This document shows, in pieces, positions 12,001 through 24,000 of a stretch of DNA of 64,000 bases (the stretch's first letter is position 1; every line of letters starts with the position of its first letter). Location: NCBI GenBank assembly GCA_051313645.2, contig JBNRSN020000010.1, forward strand, positions 87,048,001 through 87,112,000, written 5' to 3'. The notes beneath the pieces are model-generated. The model ran no database searches and was not told the DNA's origin. It worked only from the letters and a program-made list of their open reading frames with translations. The DNA is from Centroscyllium fabricii. Lineage: Eukaryota. Position numbers and translations under genes: made by a program.

Positions 12001-15000
12001 CTACAGAGTGACTTGGACAGGTTAGGTGAATGGGCAAATATATGGCAGATGAAGTACAATGTGGATAAATGTGAGGTTATCCACTTTGGTGGTAAAAATA
12101 GAAAGACAGAACATTATCTGAATGGTGACAGATTAGGGAAAGGGGAGGTGCAACGAGACCTGGGCGTCATGGTACATCAGTCACTGAAGGTGGAAATGCA
12201 GGTACAGCAGGCAGTTAAGAAAGCAAATGGCATGTTGGCCTTCATAGCAAGGGGATTGGAGTACAGGAGTAGGGAGGTGTTGCTACAGTTGTACAGGGCC
12301 TTGGTGAGGCCACACTTGGAGTATTGTGTGCAGTTTTGGTCTCCTAACTTGAGGAAGGCCATTCTTGCTATTGAGGGAGTGCAGCAAAGGTTCACTAGAT
12401 TGATTCCCGGGATGGCCGGACTGACATATCAAGAAAGACTGGACCAACTGAACTTGTACTCTCTGGAGTTCAGAAGAATGAGGGGGGATCTCATAGAAAC
12501 GTTTAAAATACTGACGGGTTTAGACAGGTTAAATGCGGGCAGCATGTTCCCATTGTTGGGGAAGTCCAGAACCATGGGGCACAGACTAAGGATAAGGGGT
12601 AAGCCATTTAGGACCGAGATGAGGAGAAACTTCTTCACCCAGCGAGTGGTGAACCTGTGGAATTCTCTACCACAGAAAGTTGTTGAGGCCAATTCACTAA
12701 ATATATTCAAAAGGGAGTTAGATGTAATACTTACAACTAGGGGGATCAAGGGATATGGCGAGAAAGCAGGAATGGGGTATTGATGTAGCATGTTCAGCCA
12801 TGAACGTATTGAATGGCAGTGCAGGCGCGATGGGCCGAATGGTCTACTCTTGCACCTATTTTCTATGTCCCCAACCCCCTGAAACCAAGTGATAACTAGC
12901 TACCTCAAGCCTTCCGCAAACCACACAGCAGGCCTGCTTGCACTGGGAGCAAAGAAAGCTGATGTGTCAATGCACTCCTACAGCCTGCATTGGGCAATTA
13001 TACAATGTCTTCACAAAATCTGTGAAATGTACTATGAGAATCCCATAAATGAAAAATACTGGTCTTCGAGTTAGATATCCAATTCTCTATGATTATACTT
13101 CGTGAAGTGCTCACAAATATATGGTCATTTAACTCATGAAGCTAAACAAATGTTAGACTGCCTGCCATGTGCAGTCTTCCTCACTTTTTGTTTCCAATTT
13201 AACTTCCGCATACAAATAAATCTGATTTAACTTTAGTATACTAATAAATAGGGAAACAGAAAGATGAAGTTATTAGCAAGGAAGTTCAACACACAAAAAT
13301 TGGGAACTCCAAGTACAACCAATTCAAACAAGGAGGAAGCTTTATATGTGTGGTTGAACCATATCCAAAGATAAAGGAACATAACACCTGCACAATATTC
13401 AATCAATATGTAATCTATCAGCCTTCAGCAAGCTATGTCAAGTAAAGTAAAAGTGAGCTGTTGATTCCTGGACAATGTTGAAGCCAGTTAAAAGTACAGC
13501 AGTACCAATGGGCTCATCATCATGAGCTATAAGAGAATGTCAGGGGTTCTTTTTATTACTCCAAGAGCTGATTCTTGTTGTCAAACAATCTGCTGGGACT
13601 TACAAATGTGCTTGGTTCTACTCCCATATAATACCAGGGTTGTGCAAGAACAAATGATGTAATACTTCCTTTCAAAAAGGAACAATCACATGGTGACAGG
13701 TAAAATTTCTGCACAATAACTTCTGGAGTTGAACAAAAGTCAAAGCAGGTTTAAACATTAAGATTTGGTTTTAGGTGGTGCTCTATCCACAGATCAGACC
13801 ATGAAATTCAATAATCCTGCAGGCTAAACAAAATTACAAACAAACACCAAGAAGTTTCTGGATGCTAATGCAAAGCTGAATGGCAGAACTTTGCAGTGAT
13901 GGCTTAGTCACACGGCGTTGAGCCTCAACTACCTTTTTTGGGGACTCCTGGACCCCTATGTGAAGGTGTTGTCTGAAGTCCACATCTACCAATGAAACTC
14001 ACAGTTCATTAAAAATGAAGTTGTTCCAACAATCTTGGACCCAGAGAAGTTTGAAAACCTTCCACCCATTGAAGTACTAATCACCAGGAATACAATCCTA
14101 ACCCAAGAATCAGTGACTGAAAATTAATGTTTCTTTAGTAACATCATTCTTCAACTACCCCAAGAAACATACTTCCTGAAAACTTATTATTCTTTTCACT
14201 TCATAGGGCACTTGTTGGTCTCCAGTCCTGCTACACAAAGTCAATAAACCGGGACAACATTGGGGCATGATTCCTTCTTAGCAAGCCTTAGTATTCTTAG
14301 TATTGGGAGAGCTAGTGACATTGGGTTACTGTGGGAAGATGCGGACTGCTCCCATTTCCAGGCTTCAGTTGTCCACATAATCTGCTCAATCAGGATATGA
14401 ACTCATTATCTTCCCAAAACCTGAAATGAAGTGCATCCATCTGGGCAAGCCAGATGGTTTTTGGAGCCACATTAAGAATTACTTTCAGACTTTGGGGATT
14501 TTTTGAAACTTTTAAGCCTAGGCTCTAGTTTAAGCCTATATACTTAGACCCCAACCACTTGGCCAATAGAGCCTCTGTACAATGCAAAACTGTTAATGGG
14601 ACAAAAAAAGCTGAAGATAACTGAATGACTATAACACAAGTGAACAAATAAAATCCATACCCCAGATCCTCGATGCCAAGTGGTGGCCCTGATCCTGATC
14701 GATTCTTCAAAGTAAGCTCCTGGAGCTGTGTGTTTTTCTCATCTTCCGAAAGAGCTCTGTTGCTTAATATTTGCCGTCTTTTCACTGAAAGTTCCTTTAT
14801 TTCCTTCAAGAACCTAGCTCTGTGTGGATTAACCAACTCAAAATCCTCCCAAGTCAAGATTCCATGGAACCAACCAGGGGGTTTGGGTTTAGGAGGATCA
14901 AGAATAAACTCTGATTTTGAGTCTTCATCAAAGCTTCCAACAGATATAGAATCATGGCCTTCCTCTGTTGAAGCCTCAGATTGGCTTTCAGTATAATGCA

Positions 15001-18000
15001 AGTCGCCATCTACCCGGGTCCCATATTCATGTAATAGTTTACTCATATTGCTTTTGATGTCTCCCATACACATGAGTTTAAAGAACGGTTTAGAAATTGG
15101 AATATCCACCAGTCTGTTGTCCTGAACACATTTGGCTAAGAAAATTCCCAAGAAATGGAAAAGTTTGATTATTCTGTCCATTTCTTCACTATCCTGTGGG
15201 AAAGCTGCAGAAAAAAGTCCACACGATCGCTGTACATAATATCCTGGTGGCTTAAGTCCACCTCCCAAATCGACCTGTTTAAAATCAGAAACGTTACACG
15301 TACAAGATAACGTTTTATCATGTTACTCTTCATATTATGTAATGAACAAATGCACTGTTACAACTTGCTAAATTCAGTCTTTTAAAATCGGTAAATAATT
15401 ATTGTAATTTCTGTGTATCAAAACAAAAATAAAGTTTTCCATTTTAAATGAAGTACCTGTCGGGATTCATCGTCAGGAAAGTCATCATCGCACAGCCAAA
15501 TCCCAAGTTCTTTCTTTTGAAACTCTGCTGCTACGAGTGCATAGAACTCTAAAGTAGGACCAAGACCAGTTCCTTCTTCACCTAAAAATTCAACCTAAAA
15601 ACATACATCGGTAACAGATAGATTGATGCCAAAAATTATACAATTACCATCAGCCATGTCATCTCTGCAATTAACAAATAGCAGTGAAACTCTCTTTATA
15701 CAGGTTGAGCACCGTTAATCCGGACTCCTGTAATCCGCTAACTTCAGTCGTCCGGAACGAATCCGGCCGACTGGTTTGCGCATGCGCGGGCCTCTCCCCG
15801 ACTGCCAGACTGGTCTGCGTATGTGTGAAATGGCCGCCACGCTTGACTGCGCATGCCCGGGCCTCCTCGAACGATTGATGCTTCGGCGAGCGTATGCGCA
15901 GACCATTCAAAATGGCCGCCGGCCTTTGCGGCGGCCATTTTGAATGGTCTGCGCATGCGCTTGCCGAAGCTTCAATCGTTCGGAGTTTTCACTTGTCCGG
16001 CACCGGCCTCGTCCCGCCCGTTCTGGATTAATGGTGTCGGACCTGTACTAGTGCTTAAGTCATAAAAAGTCAATTCACTGAGGACTTTTGTTCTCTGTTG
16101 AGAATTCCAATAGAACGACAAGTTGATTCATTTTAAATCTCTTGCCCAAACACACAATCACCCACCGGACTCATATTATATTAATCCAACTGGATTTAAA
16201 AGTTTTTTTTTACTGCTTACCTCTAGAACAGATTTCCTATCAGCATGAATCTGCATGACATTCTCTGCCCACTCCATTAATGTATCACCACGAGGAACCT
16301 TGACTCGTTCATGTTTTAACCTTCCAACTCTAAATTCTCCTGGATCGTCACGCCTCACTGCTGTGGTTGTTCGGGTACGCTCCATGGTGGCCTCGCGTCT
16401 ATTCTGCAGCCAAACTATTGCTCTACAAAGATAGTAATGAACAGTGATATGGACGATACATTCATCTAGAAGTAGGAACTAAAGTTATAAATGAACATCC
16501 TCCTCAGCGAAGTACAGTTGAGGGTTAGTAGAAACAAAAAACAATGAACTCGGTTATGAGTTAGCATTCTATCTGCCACGCCAAGTTTTCCATTGAACAT
16601 TTAGCATTTCAAAGATGAATGATAAAGCTCTACTCGCAGTCTGTGCTGATACAGAGATGGTTTATAAATGGAAAAAAACAGGAATTCTCAGCAATATCAC
16701 TTTGGTGCATCTTTTACCTTGATGCTCCAAATGCTGTACAGGTGAAGTACAACTGTCTAGTTTCAAAAGGGATCAAGAATGGACACTTGCTGGTCAGCTG
16801 CTCACACCAGTCTGGCAATGCACTACTAGCCAAAGCCAAAGGCTCCTGCAATAACAAACACCATAAACAAACAGAATAAAATATTTAGCACACCAAAAAG
16901 TGAGAGTCAAATATCCAAAAATTCAAATCAATCACAATTCCATCATAAGTACATTGATATAACCACCAAAAAAATCTTCATCAAGGTTGCAGAGCTCCTC
17001 AGGCAAATATCTCAATAATTGTGCAATTAACTCCTCCATATTTGGAAAGCTAACTAGCTAATAAAAATATCCATCCAATGGTAATGCATCAGTTTTCAAA
17101 CCGAATTGGAAGAAAATGCAGAGTTTGTATTTTGGATCAATTTTAAGCAATTACCTCAATTTGCTGCAAGATTTTCGTAGTAACTTTTTTGCTTGTGAAT
17201 TCCTCTGGTGAAACGTTGAACTCAAGTTGACCATCACCTTCTGTCAGGGAAAAAAAATCTATCAATAGCAAACTTGAACAAACATTCCATAGAACACATC
17301 AATTGATACATTTTATGTATCTATCTTTATTGCATGAGAAAATTTCAGCCAAACCTTCTTGACCTCTCCATGTAGAGTATGGATCACTGGCAATAATATA
17401 AAGAATACGAAGTAATTGCAAAACATCTTCCATGCCGCAAGCGTTCTGTCCACTCCCAGCCTTAGCTTGTGGCTGCTCTCGGGTTCCACTAAGAATTTCA
17501 CAACTGTGCAAAGACGAAATGGACCCATGGCTTAATCCAGACGATTTTGATCCATGCTCACAAAATTCCTGCAGAAAGTTATTTAAAAAATACCTCAATA
17601 ACCCACTTAAAATTCTTGTTAAAAATAGCCAACTGCATGCACTTCTAGTAAAAGCCATGTGTAAATCATAACTAGCACAAATTTTAGCTTATGTGTGTGT
17701 ACAGGTATAAATATTATTTGTACAGAACATAAATGCATTAATGTTGCAAACTTACATTAAGTTAATTTCAAGCAAATAACTTTACAATGTAAGCATTGTT
17801 TTTGCTTCTACAAGTGCAGGCATATATTATCCAGAAAAAAGATTTTGCACGGTAATATACCTTGTATGCAGCTATGAGCTGAGAACAATTTCTGTTTTTC
17901 CTAATACTTTTATTAGTGCCGGTTAATTTCCAGTGCCGCAGGAAAGCTGAATCTGCATTCTTCTGCAGGTAGGTTATCAAGTCATTCTTTGGTAATTCAT

Positions 18001-21000
18001 CAGTGCCAAGGTATTGTTCCACATGCTCTACAGACCAGCAGCCCTACAACAGGAAGAACCAAAGGTTGGTCTTTCCTGATTGTAAAGTCTTACGGGTTGT
18101 ACATGCATTAAAACATTTAAACTTTTCTATTACTCATGCTCCTTAGTTTTAAAAAGTCTGTGTCAGAATTAGGTTAGTACTTCAATTTTATCACAGTAAA
18201 ATAATAGTTTAGTCTGTTATTCTTAGCAGCAAAAGAAAACCTGACAATACAGCAGCGTGAACAGAAACACTACTTACCATCTTTCCATTTTCCCCTTTTT
18301 CTTTATCAGAGTCTTTCATCTCTCTGTACATAATCCTGGAACAATCACATAAGCACTCATCAGCTTTTCATGTTACTGTTAGAAACTTTTGGTCTGCATC
18401 TTTTTGTGCTTAAAGCAGAGAATGTCAGCAACAACGAGTGGGAATACTTCTTTACTTTGACTCTCTATTAGCATCAAATGCTCCAAGGACATAGATAGCA
18501 AATAACCAGAGGCAAATTAAAGTTCATCAACGACATCTTAAGCTCAGAGAAGCACCCTGCGCCACCAGTCTGAAATTTCCTACAATCACCCTGAATGGCC
18601 TTTGCCATACAATTTACATACATTAGCACACACTATGTGTGAACTGTTGATGGAAATAACACCTTATTCAGAAGCTAAAATCCATATAGACTACAACAAA
18701 CGCACTACCCTCATCGACCCTCCTGGTTACCTCCTCAAAAAAGTCAATCAAGTTAGTCAGACACGACCTTCCCGTAACAAATCCATGCTGACTGGCCCCG
18801 ATTAATCAGTGCCTTTCTAAATGAAATAGGCACCAGCAAAATACAACAATGTGTTAATGTCTCTGATTGAAAAGTTTAAGAAAACTAATTACGCACACCC
18901 AGGCCCAAACTCTCTGCATCTATTTGTGAAAACCATAGTGCTATATAGAGAGGCCTATGTTGCCTAGTTTGCCGGTGGTCGAGAGCTTTGCTTGCATTCC
19001 CATTCACATGGAAATTGCTGCAGCAACTTGGGATACACGGATTTCTTCTTTACTATATAAATGTAAAGGTATGTGCACGTGAAGCTCACCAAATGCCTTT
19101 TACAACATATTATCCTTGTAATGGCCTGCGATAGGAGTCAATAATAGGTTACACCCCCCACCCAATAATGCTGCTCACACTGCTTGTTTGCATTTTGGGC
19201 ACATCCCTTATCGAAATGAAATTGGAGACTACAATGAGCCTAGTTCAGTGTGAAAATTCCAAGTGCATACTCCATGGGCTGGATTTTGATACTGGCGGCG
19301 TGTAGGAGGCGGGACTACAACTTTGGGGTTGTAGTCCCGCCTCCATCGAGTTGTGGCCAACCCACACGATTTTCACTTGATTGACCTTGTTGAGCCCGCC
19401 CAGCGAGTTCAGCAAGCCAATTAAGGGCCACCCTGCAACACATGACGTCACAGATTGACATTTCATCTGTCAAGAGCTTTTGACAGATGAAATATCAGCG
19501 TTTGACAGCTTTTTGAAGCGATCAAACACCAACGATCTGTACTCCAAGTTAATTGCTTACTCTCAGGCTGATTTAGCGATCTCTCCAGAACAGAAAGCAG
19601 AATGCTGCAACTTTTGACAGCTCGCGGCCATTCTGCTTTCTGTGCCAGTGAGATGAGGGACTCGCGAGACCTGAAGGAAGGAAGGCTGTAAAAGGCAAGT
19701 ACAACTTCTTTAAACACTTTACACACACCAAACACACTTACCTCTGCACTTATGCACCCATCACTCACCTGAACGGTCCGCCTCGCTAACTTGGTGTGGT
19801 TTGGAGCCGCTGGGAATCCCACGCTTCAGCAGTAAAAATAGGGATTAGGCTAAAAACTGCCCGTTAACTACCTGTTAACAGGCAGTTAATTGGCACTAAT
19901 CCCCTTCCCGCCTTGGGGAGGCGGGTCCCAGCACAGGTCAGGTACCCGCCTCCTTTGAAACTGGCATGGAGGCAGGTTGGGGGCGGGATGGGTTTGTGCC
20001 CCCCGATTGAGATTTTAACCCCCCACATGGCTCCAATGAAAATCCTGCCCCATATGTCCACTGCACATTTAGCACCAAACATCAGATTATTAGTTCCATT
20101 GAGTGTAATTCAAGCATATTAATTGCCAGCCTTCCTAGGATTGGATATACTGGCAAAGATCAGAGATAGAACCTTCCTGGTCTATGTGGTTCGCATGTTG
20201 AATTTAATCAATGAGCCATTAAGGGAAGTTTTATTATTTGTCCTAAAGCAACTCTAAAATGGCAGCCAAGGATTTCTGAATGTAAATTTAAGAGCAAACA
20301 ATGGCCTGGATTTTGCAGTCAGCAGCAAAGTGATGGCCTTGAAGAAAGCTGTTCACAAAGATCTAGCGAGCTCTGTGGCATGGATTTCACCTCTCCTGAC
20401 ATTAATTTAAATCTGGCGCCAAGTCTCGGGAATCTCCAGCGTCCAGCAACAGTGATGCCATCAAGCTGGCTAAGCAGCCAAACACATTGAAGAATTCTCA
20501 CAAGCAGCAATCCAGGATTTTCCTTAACTTTTTAATCATTTTACAGACAACGAAATAAAGATTGGGACATACACATGGGATTAAGGTAAAAGCTGAAATA
20601 TCAAACAAACTTTAAAAAAAGTTTTTGTATTATATTAAAAGCCATGAACTTTTTATCATAATGGAAAAATTTGACATTCCACAAATATAAAATTAGTTTT
20701 TCAGGGACAGAACAGTTTCAGCAGCAATTATGACTCAGTACGCCGTTAAAAACCTAGTTACATCTCATTCAACAAGGCTTAACTTATTCGGGGGGTTTTA
20801 ACAGTGATACTTCAGCATAAAAGGGGAAGTTTTTGTCAGTCCAGTGATTTCAACGGAATGCCGGCTCTGGGGAGTTCAACAGCGCAGCCTGTGGAGAAGT
20901 AGGGAATGACTGACAGCAACTTCTGTGTTTCCGCATTTAACTGCGCATATGCAGACGGCAGAAGTTGCTGTCAGTTTCAAGTTGTAATGATAGCGAATGC

Positions 21001-24000
21001 TGGAAGTTTCGCTATCATTACAACCGCAAATTCTGAACCAATACATTTTAGATAAACTAGTAAGTAGCACACTTAAAAAATAACATCTAATCAAACAAAT
21101 TCAAAACATACAAAATTTCCTGGTACGTTCACTTACGTGTACGTTGGTTCCCAAATGCGCCTAAGCTTATCAGATTTTACATTTCCATTACAAGAAATCT
21201 GCAACAGTTTCTGCACATAACAGAAAATGGTTGCTCTGTAGTTTGAGAGGGGCAACTCCACTTCACGAGATGTTCCCAACCCTGCTACCTTAAGAGTCAG
21301 TGCTAATCGTGGTGAAGGAGTGCACTCCACTTCCTCCAGAAGCTCTGATCGAGGTGTTCCTACAAAAAACAGATTTCAAAGATTGAAGGACAGGGTCAGT
21401 ATTTATAACCATAACCAAAATGAACACATCAAACCAATATAATGTCTGCTTTGAGAAGATATCACTATACAACCAAATTGTAACATGTTGCGATTACAAC
21501 CTAGGTATGCAAAAAGAATGCAAGAAGTCACACAACACCAGGTTATAGTCCAACAGTTTTATTTTAAATCACAAGCTTTCGGAGCGTCTGCCCCTTCGTC
21601 AGATGAAAGAGAGGTTGATTTAAAGAACGCACATATGGAAGGGAGAGAAATCTGATCCCCCACATCTCACCTTAGCAGAGACAGACCACACAAAGGTGTA
21701 TTAACATATTTTAACATATCAGTCTGAGATCAATGAGTCTCTGCTAAGGTGAGATGTGGGGGATCAGATTTCTCTCTCCCTTCCATATGTGCGTTCTTTA
21801 AACCAACCTCTCTTTCACCTAACGAAGGGGCAGACGCTCCGAAAGCTTGTGATTTAAAATAAAACTGTTGGACTATAACCTGGTGTTGTGTGACTTCTTG
21901 CATTTGTCCACCCCAGTCCAACACCGGCACCTCCACATCATGCAAAAAGAATGGCATAGCTACAAGCCACAAAGTGAGAAAAGAAACAGTCAACAGGTGT
22001 GCTTTATGTAACGGTGGGAGGATGCCTCATTTCACAAATAAAATGAAAAGATCTTTAAAATGCACCGTTTTGATTTTATTTGTTGAATAAACAAATTTAC
22101 CTGGGGGAGGGATTTCTAAATCGGTTGTTTGCTGCACATTTGTACGACCAGGGCGTGGATCAAAGGCAGGTACTAAAGCAGAGAATTGCCGTTTTAGGAC
22201 AAAATCATCATCCCATGTCCGGCGACGTCCTCCTTTTGTTTCATATTCCTCTTCTTCCTGTGTTCCAAGGTTCAAATCAAGACAATTTTATTTTTAAAAG
22301 TATTATAAAACTATAAACATCAACAGAATACCAGACCCCAAACACAGCAATAAACGTCTGCATTATGACTTCCACAACAAGCAACTCGTAAGATTAGCAT
22401 TATATTGCAAGAATTTCTACAGTATTTCAAGAAAACACACTTTCTCATTTGTAACTACAGGTGAATAACATACCATAACTTCTTCATACTCTTGATCTTC
22501 TTGATTGTCATCTTCATTTTCATCATCCTCCTCATCTGGTTCAGGCAAATCCTCATCATCTTCAAGTTCCGCCAATAAAGTACTGGCACGACAGCTGTCT
22601 AGAAAATCTGTAGAGCATAAAATAAGGATCATCATCAGTTGGAATAAAAGACTTATTCCAGTCAGTTCAAAATTAATCTTAGAAATTAATGTTAAGTAGA
22701 AAAAGTAAATCATGTTTGGCTGCAAGATGAATCTACACAAAACATTTCCAAAACATAAACTGCTGAAAAATAACAAACTTCACTATCCATAAAACCAAAA
22801 CTTTGTAACAAGTTCAGTTCAAGTCAAAGTTATAAATACGAGTTGACTGACTGCAGCTTGCGTGAATCATCGTATTCTGTTGCAGAAATTCAATCCTATA
22901 TACATACACCCAAAATTTGCTGCTCGTCATGTGATGGTGGGGGAGAGTGAAGGGACATTAAGAGAGTCATCTTGGGAACTCAGCCCATTGGGGAAAAAAA
23001 AGTTGATCATCATCCAGTAACTATACTATCAAAATGGCAAACAAGACGTGGCAGGTCTACCACCAATGCTTGCAGTTTACTAACACAAATACAGGCTGTG
23101 CACCAGAAATCCGGCACGGGCGGGACCAGGCCCGTGCCGGGAAAGTGAAAAAAACGGCAGAATGAAGTCGGTCAGTGTGCATGCGCGCACCATTCAAAAT
23201 GGCCGCCCGCATGCGCACAACATTGGAAATGGCCGCTGGACGGTCTTGCGGAGTCTCCGCTGCGGTTTATGCCTCCTGATGACGGCCAGCAGGCTGCTCC
23301 GGGGAATGCTTCACCATGGCGAGCGCTCTGGACTCGCACATTCAAAACGTGGCGCGAGCCGCTGCGCCCTGACACCACGGAAGGCCCGGCTCGTCTGGCG
23401 GCCATTTTGAATGATCTGCACATGTGCTTGCCGTCCGGTGGCGCATGCGCAGATCATTCAAAACATCGGGCAGCCGTTTTGAATGATCGGCGCATGCGGC
23501 GATCAATCGCCGAAGCCGAGATCGCGGCTGCCATTTTGCGCATGTGCAGTGCAGTCGGGGCAATTTGTTCCAGAAGGCTGAAGCTGCCGGCGTTTCGGGT
23601 CACGGATTTCCGGTGCTCAACCTGTACCAAAAAGATAGCTATCAAAGGTTTGTGTTAGTTTGAATCCACAGTTTTGTACAATTTAGACACAAGTGTTTAT
23701 TTTATTTGCTCATTCACAGGATTAGGGCATCACTGGCAAGGCCAGCAATTATTAGCCATCCCTAGTTGTCCTAGAGAAGGTGGTGGTGAGCCGCCTTTTT
23801 GAACAGCTGCAATCCGTATGGTGAAAGTACTCCCACAGTGCTGTTAGGTAGGGAGTTCCAGGATTTTGACCCAGCGATGATGAAGGAACGGCGATATATT
23901 TCCAAGTCAGGATGGTGGGGAACTTGGAAGTGGTGGTATTCCATGTGCCCGCTGTCCTTGTCCTTCTAGGTGGTAGAAGTCGTGGATTTGAGAGGTACTG

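Noticed and set aside
11251-12783. 510-aa ORF as a host gene
   Set aside because: It is CR1 ORF2. The first ~36 codons are flanking read-through from a GTG start.
23275-23310. CTGATGA followed by hairpin CGGCC-AGCA-GGCTG in the MITE cargo (hammerhead-like)
   Set aside because: No GAAA box follows stem II (CTCC instead) in any of the three copies, so it is not a hammerhead.
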